The notes under the pieces: generated by a model
Databases searched by the model: none
Told to the model about the DNA's origin: nothing
Seen by the model: the letters and a program-made list of their open reading frames with translations, nothing else
Assembly (NCBI GenBank): GCA_016841605.1
Contig: JAENYV010000003.1
Span: 9,064 to 73,063, forward strand
Direction of reading: 5' to 3'
DNA: 64,000 nt
Source of the DNA: Dethiobacter alkaliphilus
GTDB lineage: Bacteria > Bacillota > Dethiobacteria > DTU022 > UBA8154
Made by a program: the position numbers and the translations under genes
Shown: positions 46,914-56,288 of the stretch, one piece after another
How positions within the stretch are numbered: the stretch's first letter is position 1
Layout: each line of letters starts with the position of its first letter

Positions 46914-48893
46914 GTGTATAAAGTGAGATACGCTGAGACAGGGTTTAATTTAGAAATTGATTTATCAAGTGGAAATATTGAAAAAATAGAAACTGATCCT
47001 AAATTAACGGAACTTCATCTGGGAGGTCTTGGTACAAGCGTAAAGATACACTGGGATAGGGTTCCCCCTGAAGTTAAAGCATTTGATCCTGAAAATCTAC
47101 TGATATTCAGTAGCGCTCTTTTAGTAGGCACACCGGCCTACAGCTGTAATCGTACTATTGTCAGCTGTGTTTCTCCACAGACGGATTTACTGTGCTATCC
47201 AATGATGGGGGGATTTTGGTCGGCTGAATTGAAGTATGCCGGTTATGACAAAGTGATCTTACGGAACAAGTCCCCAAAACCGGTTTATATATGGATAAAT
47301 AATGACAAAGTAGAAATTCGAGATGCTGCTCATTTGAAGGGTAAAGGCGCTGTTGAAACCCAGGAACTTATTAGGGAGGAGTTGAACGAGCCGAAAGCTC
47401 AGGTTGCCGCTATCGGCCTGGCCGGTGAAAATCGCTGCTTTACGGCTTCTATTGAGCAGTCCAGATCGAGCGCCAGTCGAGGTGGGGCAGGCGCGGTGAT
47501 GGGTGACAAAGGTGTTAAGGCGATAGCTGTTCGTGGAACAAAAGATGTTTACCTGGCCCGAGGGGCTGAATTTATGGAGCATATGAAGGAAGTTAAGGCT
47601 TATATAAAGTTCCGCAACGAAAATCCCCTTAAGGATGTAATGACCATTTTAGCCGGCATCGGATCACCGCAGGAGATGCTGCACACCGATGAGAAGTGGC
47701 ACGTCGAAAGTTTTGCCTGGGGGAATGCCCGCGAGAGGAGAAAAAATTTTTGGACCAAAGAAATTGAAGAGAGCTGGATAAGATCTCAATTAAGTGCCGT
47801 CAAGCGGCTTATAAGCTGTTTTAATTGTCCGCAGCAATGCGGCGCATTAATTAACTTCGGGGATACTCAAAGATATATGATGAAATGCTTCTCCAAACTA
47901 ACCTATGGAATGGCGGCCTATGTCGACAATCTGGATTTTAGCTGGAAAATCTGTCAGCGGGCTTTTGAGTATGGAGTGGATTCATTCTCAACCCCGCAAA
48001 TTTTGGCTTTTGCTGTTGAGCTTTATGAAGCCGGCATTTTAACTGATAAGGATTTTGCAGGATGCCCCTCCGATAAAGAGGGGAGATTTTTCTGGCTGCT
48101 TGATAGATTGGTCAGGCGGGAAGGAATTGGAGATATACTGGCTGACGGCACTTATTGGGCTGCCAGAAAAATCGGCAAGGGCGCCGAAAAATATGACCAC
48201 AATACTATTAAAAAACATGAGCAGATGAATATCAAGCTGGGTATGATGGATCCTCTTTACTACCTGATGTTTTCCACCAATGAAAAGATAAGTATTACTC
48301 AAATTGAGGGAAATTGGCCGCAAGTGCCCTTTGCTACAAAAGAGGCAAGAGAAGATTTTGTCAAGGACTGGCCGCAGCTTCCTGATGAAAAATTTAAACA
48401 ATATTTGCTGAACTGGGAGCCGCGCGGAGAATACGCAAATCCATATTATCCAACTCCGGAAATCGCCAGTGAAATTGTGGATTGGATGGAGGCATTGCAC
48501 AATATTGATGATGCCCTCGGGTTCTGTGCCGGCATGGCATCATTTTGTCTGAAGCCTCCTTATCATCTACACAATTACCCGAAATTAGTCTCTGCAGCGA
48601 CCGGGATGGATTTGGATGAAAACGGACTAAGAAAAATAGCCGGTAGGAGCCGGAATTTACATAGAGCATTCAATAATCGAAGAGGCATGACGAGGGCCGA
48701 TGAGAAACCGCCTGAAGACCATTGGAAGCACAGATTTCCCGAGATTGAAGAAAATTTGTTAACTACGTATTACAAATTTAAAGGATGGAGTTATGACGGT
48801 ATTCCTACAAAAGAAAAATTACAGGAGCTGGATTTGGGATATGTTGCCGAAGACCTTGAAAAGAGAGGGATATTAAAAGATGGCCAAAATTAA
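46914..48893 (+). CDS. tungsten-type aldehyde:ferredoxin oxidoreductase (AOR family)
   Basis: AOR_N and AOR C-terminal domain organisation; 659 aa. Confidence 0.85.
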   Translation: MYKVRYAETGFNLEIDLSSGNIEKIETDPKLTELHLGGLGTSVKIHWDRVPPEVKAFDPENLLIFSSALLVGTPAYSCNRTIVSCVSPQTDLLCYPMMGGFWSAELKYAGYDKVILRNKSPKPVYIWINNDKVEIRDAAHLKGKGAVETQELIREELNEPKAQVAAIGLAGENRCFTASIEQSRSSASRGGAGAVMGDKGVKAIAVRGTKDVYLARGAEFMEHMKEVKAYIKFRNENPLKDVMTILAGIGSPQEMLHTDEKWHVESFAWGNARERRKNFWTKEIEESWIRSQLSAVKRLISCFNCPQQCGALINFGDTQRYMMKCFSKLTYGMAAYVDNLDFSWKICQRAFEYGVDSFSTPQILAFAVELYEAGILTDKDFAGCPSDKEGRFFWLLDRLVRREGIGDILADGTYWAARKIGKGAEKYDHNTIKKHEQMNIKLGMMDPLYYLMFSTNEKISITQIEGNWPQVPFATKEAREDFVKDWPQLPDEKFKQYLLNWEPRGEYANPYYPTPEIASEIVDWMEALHNIDDALGFCAGMASFCLKPPYHLHNYPKLVSAATGMDLDENGLRKIAGRSRNLHRAFNNRRGMTRADEKPPEDHWKHRFPEIEENLLTTYYKFKGWSYDGIPTKEKLQELDLGYVAEDLEKRGILKDGQN

Positions 48894-49419
48894 AAAGAAG
48901 ATCAAGACAATCAGGGTTGATGCGGATAAGTGCAATGGTTGCCGGGCATGTGAGATAATCTGTTCCGCCTTTCATGCTGAACCGAAATACAGCAGCGTTA
49001 ATCCGGCAAGGTCTCGTATTCAGGTGATTACTCACCGGCTAAGAGACATATGGGTTCCGGTATTCGCAGGTGAATATGCTGAAGCCGAATGTCTGGGAAG
49101 AAACAAATATGTAATTGAGGAAAAAGAGTATGACGAATGCACCTTCTGCAGGGCTTCCTGTCCCTCCAGAAACCTTTTCAAAGAACCTGATTCCGGTCTC
49201 CCGTTAAAATGCGACATGTGTGAAGATGAGCCGCCGCAAGAAGAGCCGCTCTGTGTCCAGGCGTGTTTAAATGATGTCTTGATCTACGAAGAAAGAGAAG
49301 AGGATGTAGAAGAAGAAGTGCGGCCGGAAGATTTGGAGACCGGGTTGAAATTACTGGTAGACAAATATGGTCCGCAGAAGCTAACGGATACCCTTATCAG
49401 AATAGCGCAGAAAGGGTAA
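48880..49419 (+). CDS. 4Fe-4S ferredoxin-like protein (AOR partner)
   Basis: CNGCRACEIIC and further Cys clusters; start overlaps the AOR stop. Confidence 0.7.
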   Translation: MAKIKKKIKTIRVDADKCNGCRACEIICSAFHAEPKYSSVNPARSRIQVITHRLRDIWVPVFAGEYAEAECLGRNKYVIEEKEYDECTFCRASCPSRNLFKEPDSGLPLKCDMCEDEPPQEEPLCVQACLNDVLIYEEREEDVEEEVRPEDLETGLKLLVDKYGPQKLTDTLIRIAQKG

Positions 49420-49545
49420 AATACTGCGACTCCGGATTAAGACCGCGCCATGCGGGAAAAAGGCAGAAGCAGAACCGATAACCATAATGAATCAGGCCCT
49501 ATCTACGATACTGCTCTTTTCTACTTATTTAGGAGGTGTTGAAAA

Positions 49546-50862
49546 ATGACTATTCCCGTGCCTGTTGAAGAAGCACTGAAAATGCAAAGTTGTTCCGGTC
49601 AGGTTAGCCAATCTTCCCAAGCTGTATCACTTGAAACAGCACTGGAAATAATTTTACGGTATGCCCAACCTGTCGGTACAGAAAGAATCAGCACCCGCTC
49701 TGCACTGGGAAGGGTGCTGTCGGAAAATCTTTATGCTCCGGTAAACCTTCCTCCCTTTAATCGCTCCCCCCTTGACGGTTATGCTGTCCGGGCGAAAGAC
49801 ATTGCCGATGCCACGCCTGATCGTCCGGTCTTGTTGGAAATCAGTCAGGAAATTCCGGCAGGAAGCTACAGTGAGATTGAACTTGCCGGGAACCAGGCGG
49901 CCAAAATTATGACCGGCGCCCCGCTTCCCCCAGGCGCTGATGTGGTAATTAAATTTGAAGATGTAAAAAAAACAGATAATAAAATCGGGGTCGTTTCTTC
50001 ACTGCCTGCTTATGCTAATTATTGTTTTGCCGGAGAGGATATACAGCAGGGTGAACAAGTGCTTTGCGGGGGAAAGGTCATTGAACCGGCAAGTATCGGT
50101 ATTCTGGCAGCTTTGGGTATCCCGGTTGTGCCTGTCTACACTAAACCCAAAATTGCCGTTATCGGGACCGGAGATGAGCTGATTGAGGTAAATAATCGAT
50201 TAAAACCAGGCCAAATCTTTGACAGTAATTCATATGCACTGGCAGCCTATGTCCGGCAGGCAGGCGTCGAACCGGTTATGGCGGGAATCGTTGGCGATAA
50301 TACGGAAATGATTGCCTGCAAAATTGCGGAAAATATAGAAAGTGCCCATATGATTATTACTACCGGCGGGATATCTGTGGGTAATTTCGATTTTGTTAGA
50401 GAAGCCCTTGGTTCCCTTGGGGCGAGAATCCTCTTTCATCGAATAGCTATGCGCCCCGGGACGCCTACTCTGGTCGCTTTAAAAAATGGTAAGTTAATTA
50501 TTTGCCTTTCCGGTAATCAAGCCGCTGCCTTTGTCACTTTCCAGTTATTGGCCGGGCCGGCGCTTGCGGGATTGATGGGCATTACAAAACGCCGGCTAAC
50601 CGGTACAACCGCGGTGTTGGCTGATGATTATCGAAAAACCGGCACACAAAGAAACTTTACGAGTGGCCGCGCCTATTTTGATGACGGCATTTTAAAGGTC
50701 AGGATTACTGAAAAACAAAATTCCGGTAATATTAAGTCTACCCTTTCTATCAATGCATTGATTGATATGCCGGCAGGTACCGGATACTTCAAAGCCGGGA
50801 CACGGATAAATGTTTTTTTATTACATCCATTATGCCGTTATTGGCATAATGGATCGCTTTAG
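49546..50862 (+). CDS. moeA: molybdopterin molybdo/tungsto-transferase MoeA
   Basis: MoeA N-terminal/MoCF_biosynth architecture (GxGDxL, TTGGIS); GGAGGTG RBS. Confidence 0.85.
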   Translation: MTIPVPVEEALKMQSCSGQVSQSSQAVSLETALEIILRYAQPVGTERISTRSALGRVLSENLYAPVNLPPFNRSPLDGYAVRAKDIADATPDRPVLLEISQEIPAGSYSEIELAGNQAAKIMTGAPLPPGADVVIKFEDVKKTDNKIGVVSSLPAYANYCFAGEDIQQGEQVLCGGKVIEPASIGILAALGIPVVPVYTKPKIAVIGTGDELIEVNNRLKPGQIFDSNSYALAAYVRQAGVEPVMAGIVGDNTEMIACKIAENIESAHMIITTGGISVGNFDFVREALGSLGARILFHRIAMRPGTPTLVALKNGKLIICLSGNQAAAFVTFQLLAGPALAGLMGITKRRLTGTTAVLADDYRKTGTQRNFTSGRAYFDDGILKVRITEKQNSGNIKSTLSINALIDMPAGTGYFKAGTRINVFLLHPLCRYWHNGSL

Positions 50863-50876
50863 ACCGGTCCTCCAAA

Positions 50877-50907
50877 GATTAGCCGGCAGTTTCAATGCCG
50901 GCTAATC
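50877..50907. terminator. bidirectional intrinsic terminator hairpin between moeA and trmL
   Basis: Perfect 12-bp inverted repeat GATTAGCCGGCA-N7-TGCCGGCTAATC with T-rich flanks. Confidence 0.55.
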
Positions 50908-51024
50908 TCCCTATTTAATCTATTTAATTGCTCTTGGACCTGAAGAAAATGACGGGCCAACATCCTAAGAGCTTATTCCGGACCCCAGAAACCGAATAGT
51001 AAGCGCACCGATGGAACTTTCCCC

Positions 51025-51489
51025 CTACCCCATCCCGGGGAAGCCCTGCCCACGCAGGGCTTCGTAAAGGACCAGGGCAACGCTGTTGGCCAGATTGAGG
51101 GAACGGGGAATACCTTTTACCATGGGGATGCGCAGGCACCGGTCCTGCCATTTTTCCAGCAGTTCAACAGGGAGCCCGGCGGTTTCTTTGCCGAAAACCA
51201 GAAAATCATCAAAATTGTACTGCACATCCGTATAGATTTTCCCTTTGGCCCTCGTGGAGAGAAAATAAAAGGGGTTCTCCGGGTACGCTTGCCTCAGGGC
51301 ATCAAAATCAATATAACGGAAAAGTTTCAAATGGGGCCAGTAATCCAGACCGGCCCGGCGCAGATAACGGTCATCCAGGGAAAAGCCGAGTTTACCCACC
51401 AGGTGCAGCGTTGAAGCAGTCATTACACAGGTACGGGCAATATTTCCCGTGTTCTGCGGTATCTCAGGTTCCACCAGGACAATGTGCAT
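51025..51489 (-). CDS. trmL: tRNA (cytidine/uridine-2'-O)-methyltransferase TrmL (SpoU family)
   Basis: SPOUT fold motifs (IPQNTGNIARTC...GKETAGLP...LNLANSVA). Confidence 0.8.
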   Translation of the reverse strand: MHIVLVEPEIPQNTGNIARTCVMTASTLHLVGKLGFSLDDRYLRRAGLDYWPHLKLFRYIDFDALRQAYPENPFYFLSTRAKGKIYTDVQYNFDDFLVFGKETAGLPVELLEKWQDRCLRIPMVKGIPRSLNLANSVALVLYEALRGQGFPGMG

Positions 51490-51511
51490 TGCGTCTTCGA
51501 CCTCGTTAAAT

Positions 51512-53959
51512 TTAATTGGCAGGCGTATTCTCCCCGCTCTCGTTCTGGGCTTCCGCTTTTTCCTGCTCCTTGCCCTGCCGGGTGAGCAGGTCGTTATACA
51601 GTTTCAGCTTTTGCTGAACGAGATAATTAATCGTCCCCTCGGGATAACGGCCGTCTTCTACCCGCTCCCCCGCGGGAATGCCTGTCAGGATCTCCAGGCC
51701 TTCATCAATGGTATTAACAGCATAAATATGAAATTTACCTTCTTTCACAGCAGAGACCACTTCTTCCTCCAGCATCAAGTTGACGACATTTTGCTGAGGA
51801 ATCATGACCCCCTGGCCTCCGGTTAAACCCTTGAGCTTGCAGGCGGCAAAAAAGCCCTCGATCTTATTCGTTATACCGCCGACAGGTTGTATCTCCCCTT
51901 TTTGGTTGACAGATCCCGTTACAGCGATGCCCTGCTTTAGGGGAAGACCGGCCATGCTCGAAAGGAGAGCATAAAGCTCCGTGCTCGAGGCGCTGTCCCC
52001 ATCCACTCCATCATAGGACTGCTCAAAGCAAATACCAGCGGTAAGTGTCAGAGGGGTCTCCCGGGCATACTTCTGACCCAGGTAGCCGCTGAGAATCAGC
52101 ACACCCTTATCGTGTATGCGCCCGCTCATCTTGCTTTCCCGCTCAATATTGACAATTCCTCTGCGGCCCAGATATGTTGTCACCGTAATCCGGGAGGGTT
52201 TACCAAAAGAATAATCCCCCATATCCAGGATGGCCAGCCCGTTGACCTGACCTTCTTTTTCTCCTTCCAGGTCGAGCAGAATCGTCCCTTCATCAATCAT
52301 TTCCAGCAGTTTATTTTTATATTTATCGGAACGGAAGACTTTCTCCCTGACGGCTTTTTCCACAAACGGGCCGGATACGTAATCGCTCCCGGCCACCATA
52401 GCCCAGGTGTCGGCTTCGTAGAGAATCTCCACAATATCGTTGAAACAGGTTGTAAGCTTCTCCTGGTGTTCGGCGAGGCGTGAACTGTACTCTACAACCC
52501 TGGCAACGCCGGAGCGGTCAAAATGTCGTAACCCTTCCCTTTGACAGTGTGTGGAGATAAAATTGGCCATATGGCGAATGTTTTCCGGGGAGCGGTCCAT
52601 CACCGTCTCGAAATCAACCTTCAATTTAAACAGTTTGCGAAAATCTTCGTCGTGTGTGTAAAGAAGGTGATAAAGATAGGGGTTGCCGATCAGGATGACC
52701 TTAACATCAAGAGGGATGGGCTGCGGTTTTAGAGAAGCCATGGGCAGGATGGCATACTGTTCGCCAATGGATTCAATACGGACCTCTTTATTGGTCAGAA
52801 CCCTTTTCAGCACCTCCCAGGATTGCAGGTTGAGGAGCAGATCTTTTGCCTGGAGAATAAGGTACCCTCCGTTGGCCTTGTGCAGTGCTCCTCCTTTAAT
52901 CATGGTAAAGTCGGTTGTTACCGTTCCCAAACGGTTTTCATATTCGATCCGGCCGATCAGATTATAATACGTAGGGTTGGTTTCCACCACTACCGGAGCA
53001 CCTTTGGTTTCCATGTTGTCGATAATCAAATTGACAAAATATTTTTTTGCAGCGGTTTCCTTACCGGATCGTTTCAGCCAGGGGAAAGGAAGCTGTTTTT
53101 CTTCATCATCGTCTTTAAAATCGCTCAAATTATCCACAACATCTTCCTGCAAGGCTTCCAGGTACTGGACCACCATGGAATAATCCTCGTATTTTTCCTT
53201 GAGATCTTCAATAAGATAATCCACGGCAAAATGACCGGTTTTGTGTTCCAGTTCTTTGAATTTATCCTTTAACTTCTTTTCTTCGTTCTGGATGCGACGG
53301 ACGATCTCCATGGCTTTAAACTGCACTTCCGTGGATTTCTTTTCCATCTCTTCTTTTTCTTCTTTTTCCAGCTGGTTAAATTCTTCCTCGCTCAGCTCTT
53401 TCCCGTCCCGGGCGGGAACGCTTAGAAATCCCGTCCCGCTGCGTTTGAGAATAAACCCTTTCTCTATGGCGGCATTGTTGAGCTCATCCATCAGGGAAGA
53501 ACGGATTTCCTGAAATTCTTTCAGAACAGCCCCTTTTTGCCGTTCATAATCATCCGTATTAAATGCTTTCGGGATGGATTCATTGAGTTCTTCCAGAAGA
53601 GTACTGATATCCCGGGCAAAAAGATTGCCCAAACCGGCCGGCAAATTGACGGCAATAGGAGCATCGGGATTTTTAAAGTTATAAAGGTAGCACCAGTCGT
53701 CGGGAATAGGTTGTTTTTCAGCCACCTCCCGGGTGCTGGACCTTGCATAGTTCATTTTACCCGATCCTGTCAGCCCGGTAATAAAAATATTATAACCGTG
53801 TTTGTTAATCCTCAGGCCGAACTCCATGGCATTAACCGCTCTTTCCTGTCCCACAATACTATCCAGCGAGGGAATTTCCTCGGTAGTCTGAAATGAAAAA
53901 AGACTGGTGTCACATGCTTTAAAAATCATTTCGGGTTTCAGGCGTTTTTCCTCGATCAC
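51512..53959 (-). CDS. Lon-like ATP-dependent protease (YcbZ/LonH-type AAA+ with Lon_C domain)
   Basis: Walker A GLTGSGKM; C-terminal Lon protease domain with Ser-Lys dyad context (DGDSAS...K); likely GTG start at 53959 with AAGGGGGT RBS. Confidence 0.8.
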   Translation of the reverse strand: MIEEKRLKPEMIFKACDTSLFSFQTTEEIPSLDSIVGQERAVNAMEFGLRINKHGYNIFITGLTGSGKMNYARSSTREVAEKQPIPDDWCYLYNFKNPDAPIAVNLPAGLGNLFARDISTLLEELNESIPKAFNTDDYERQKGAVLKEFQEIRSSLMDELNNAAIEKGFILKRSGTGFLSVPARDGKELSEEEFNQLEKEEKEEMEKKSTEVQFKAMEIVRRIQNEEKKLKDKFKELEHKTGHFAVDYLIEDLKEKYEDYSMVVQYLEALQEDVVDNLSDFKDDDEEKQLPFPWLKRSGKETAAKKYFVNLIIDNMETKGAPVVVETNPTYYNLIGRIEYENRLGTVTTDFTMIKGGALHKANGGYLILQAKDLLLNLQSWEVLKRVLTNKEVRIESIGEQYAILPMASLKPQPIPLDVKVILIGNPYLYHLLYTHDEDFRKLFKLKVDFETVMDRSPENIRHMANFISTHCQREGLRHFDRSGVARVVEYSSRLAEHQEKLTTCFNDIVEILYEADTWAMVAGSDYVSGPFVEKAVREKVFRSDKYKNKLLEMIDEGTILLDLEGEKEGQVNGLAILDMGDYSFGKPSRITVTTYLGRRGIVNIERESKMSGRIHDKGVLILSGYLGQKYARETPLTLTAGICFEQSYDGVDGDSASSTELYALLSSMAGLPLKQGIAVTGSVNQKGEIQPVGGITNKIEGFFAACKLKGLTGGQGVMIPQQNVVNLMLEEEVVSAVKEGKFHIYAVNTIDEGLEILTGIPAGERVEDGRYPEGTINYLVQQKLKLYNDLLTRQGKEQEKAEAQNESGENTPAN

Positions 53960-54092
53960 AATTCTACCCCCTTTGACTTCGCTGTAAAAACGATTCAAAT
54001 AAAGATTCAAATAAACCATCCGAATATTTTAAAATATTATAATTAATTCTCCCCGGAATCAAATAATCCTTTTTATTTCCGCGGGGAAATGA

Positions 54093-54692
54093 TTAAAGAA
54101 AACATTTGGGACAATGGGGAGAAAGTACGCAATTGTCGCAAAGGGGCTTTTGAGCGCGGCACACCTTTCGCCCGTGGGCGATCAAACGGTGATGGGTTAA
54201 AGACCAGAGGTCCTTTGGAAGCAGCAGGCAGAGATCCTCTTCCACAACATAGGGATTATTTCCCTCAGTCAGACCCAATCTGCGGCTTACCCGCGCCACA
54301 TGAGTATCCACGGCAAGGGCCGGCACATGGAAGACAGTGCTGAGGATTATGCCGGCCGACTTGCGGCCTACTCCGGGAAGACTTTCCAGTTCCTCTCTGG
54401 TACCCTGAACTTGACCACCGTATTTTTCCAGAAGAATACGGCTGGTTTCCATAATTTGACGGCTTTTCTGACGAAAAAGGCCCAGGCTTTTTATCTGTTC
54501 CTCCAGGGCGGAGAGCCCCAGTTCCAGAATATCTGCGGGTCCCTGCACCCTTGAAAAAAGTTTTTCCGTAACCCTGTTTACCTGGCGGTCCGTTGTCTGA
54601 GCCGAAAGGATTACCGCCACCAGAAGCTGGAAAGGGTTTGTATATTGCAGAGCTGTCTTAGCCTGGGGATACTCCTCCGCCAGAAGACGCAA
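54093..54692 (-). CDS. nth: endonuclease III (Nth), DNA glycosylase/AP lyase
   Basis: HhH-GPD motif plus C-terminal 4Fe-4S cluster C-x6-C-x2-C-x5-C; TTG start uncertain. Confidence 0.85.
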   Translation of the reverse strand: MRLLAEEYPQAKTALQYTNPFQLLVAVILSAQTTDRQVNRVTEKLFSRVQGPADILELGLSALEEQIKSLGLFRQKSRQIMETSRILLEKYGGQVQGTREELESLPGVGRKSAGIILSTVFHVPALAVDTHVARVSRRLGLTEGNNPYVVEEDLCLLLPKDLWSLTHHRLIAHGRKVCRAQKPLCDNCVLSPHCPKCFL

Positions 54693-54733
54693 AATCTCTT
54701 TCGTTCTACTTTTCAGTTGCTCTGCTCTCCTTT

Positions 54734-55288
54734 TTAGTATATTACGTAATTTTTACGTCCTTCTTCATAGAGGTCTTTTCCATAAATATCGTTTATTACC
54801 GTAACCGGAAAATCTTCCACCGTGAGCCGCCGGATCGCCTCCGGACCCAATTCGGGATAGGCCACAATCTCCGCAGCCAGGATCTTTTTTGCCAGGAGGG
54901 CGCCGGCACCTCCCGTGGCCGCCAGGTAGACTCCCTGAAAATCCTGGAAAGCTTTGCGGACTTCCGGGCTGCGGCTCCCCTTGCCGATCACAGCTTTAAC
55001 TCCGTATTCCAGGAGGGCAGGAGTATAGGGGTCCATTCTGCCGCTGGTTGTCGGTCCGGCTGAACCGATGGCCTGCCCGGGCTTCGCGGGGGCAGGCCCC
55101 ACATAGTAGAGAATCTGTCCTGTTAAATCCACAGGAAGCGTCTCTCCTTTAGCTAAGCGCTCTACCAATCTTTTATGCGCCGAGTCCCTGGCAGTATAAA
55201 TCACACCTGAAACAAGCACCGTATCGCCTGCCTGCAGTTTCTTAACATCACTATCCGTCAACGGAGCACGGATCCGTTTCGCTTCCAT
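54734..55288 (-). CDS. class I fumarate hydratase, beta (C-terminal) subunit
   Basis: APLTDSDVKKLQAGDTVLVSGVIYTARDSAHKRL matches Fe-S hydro-lyase beta; AAGGAGG RBS. Confidence 0.8.
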   Translation of the reverse strand: MEAKRIRAPLTDSDVKKLQAGDTVLVSGVIYTARDSAHKRLVERLAKGETLPVDLTGQILYYVGPAPAKPGQAIGSAGPTTSGRMDPYTPALLEYGVKAVIGKGSRSPEVRKAFQDFQGVYLAATGGAGALLAKKILAAEIVAYPELGPEAIRRLTVEDFPVTVINDIYGKDLYEEGRKNYVIY

Positions 55289-55330
55289 GGGAAAACCTCC
55301 TTCAAGCGCTTCCAAAATAATTTCCTGTCG

Positions 55331-56173
55331 CTAGAGCACTCTCTGCGCGTGGCGTGCGGCATGACAGTTGAGATTTACCGCTGCCGGCATGCCGGCAATG
55401 TGACAGGGAGCCGTCTCCAGATGAACCGCCAGGGCTGTAAAGCGTCCTCCAAATCCCTGGGGTCCGATACCGCTTCTGTTGATTCGCTCCAGCAGTTCCT
55501 TCTCCAAATCCGCGTAAAAGGCTTGTGGATGGGGTTCTCCCAGCGGTCTGAGGAGAGCTTTTTTCGCCAGGAAAGCAACTTTTTCAAAATTTCCTCCCAG
55601 GCCCACTCCCACCACCACAGGCGGGCAGGGGTTGGCCCCTGCTCCGCTGACGGTCTCGACAACAAAATCAGTCAAACCTTTGACCCCCTGGGCGGGGGTA
55701 AGCATCCTCACAGCGCTCATATTCTCGCTGCCGCCCCCTTTCGGGGCCATGGTAATTTTGATCTTATCACCCGGAATAAGGCGCAGATGAATAACAGCCG
55801 GCGTATTATCCTTTGTATTAACTCTCTCCAGAGGATCGGAAACGATGGAGCTACGAAGAAAGCCCCGGAGATACCCCTGACGGACGCCTTCATTCACTGC
55901 CTCGTTAAAATCGCCTCCGGTAAGCAGAACTTCTTGTCCAAGATCGATAAAAAGGACAGCGGTTCCCGTATCCTGGCAAAGGGGGACTTCTTCATCCCGG
56001 GCCAGGCGGGCATTCTCCAACAGCTGCCTGAAAACATCTTTTCCCACAGGAGACGGCTCTTCCTGCAAACCTTTTTGCAAAGCCTTAACTACATCTTCGC
56101 CAAGAAAATAATTGGCCTCTTGGCACAGCTTTGCTACAGCTTCGGTTATCTCTTTAACATGGACTTCTCTCAC
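55331..56173 (-). CDS. class I fumarate hydratase, alpha (N-terminal) subunit
   Basis: REVHVKEITEAVAKLCQEANYFL typical alpha N-terminus; GTG start with GGGAGG RBS. Confidence 0.8.
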   Translation of the reverse strand: MREVHVKEITEAVAKLCQEANYFLGEDVVKALQKGLQEEPSPVGKDVFRQLLENARLARDEEVPLCQDTGTAVLFIDLGQEVLLTGGDFNEAVNEGVRQGYLRGFLRSSIVSDPLERVNTKDNTPAVIHLRLIPGDKIKITMAPKGGGSENMSAVRMLTPAQGVKGLTDFVVETVSGAGANPCPPVVVGVGLGGNFEKVAFLAKKALLRPLGEPHPQAFYADLEKELLERINRSGIGPQGFGGRFTALAVHLETAPCHIAGMPAAVNLNCHAARHAQRVL

Positions 56174-56245
56174 CTTCAAAACCTCCCGTCCTGCCTCCGT
56201 CCGACTTAAAACGGATGACCCTCTTTTTGCTTCTCCTTCTGCCAA

Positions 56246-56288
56246 GGGAACCCGGATTCCGGATCCCGGATTCCCATTCCGGGTTACC
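56246..56288 (-). repeat. GC-rich nested inverted/direct repeat (CCGGATTCC x3) overlapping the gatB stop
   Basis: AACCCGGA...TCCGGGTT 8-bp stem with internal CCGGGATCCGG palindrome; no U-tract. Confidence 0.3.

Noticed and set aside
52112-53896. Multiple plus-strand ORFs (63-149 aa) across the Lon-like protease gene
   Set aside because: Antisense to a long, well-supported CDS; no RBS signals; Ser/Phe-rich translations typical of shadow frames.
51512-54019. Possible BREX (BrxL) defence island because of the Lon-like protease
   Set aside because: No PglX methyltransferase, PglZ phosphatase, BrxC ATPase or other defence genes are adjacent. Neighbours are trmL, moeA and nth.
55349-56209. 286-aa plus-strand ORF opposite the fumarate hydratase alpha gene
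   Set aside because: The minus-strand product has clear class I fumarase motifs and RBS; the plus-strand ORF is a GC-skewed shadow frame.
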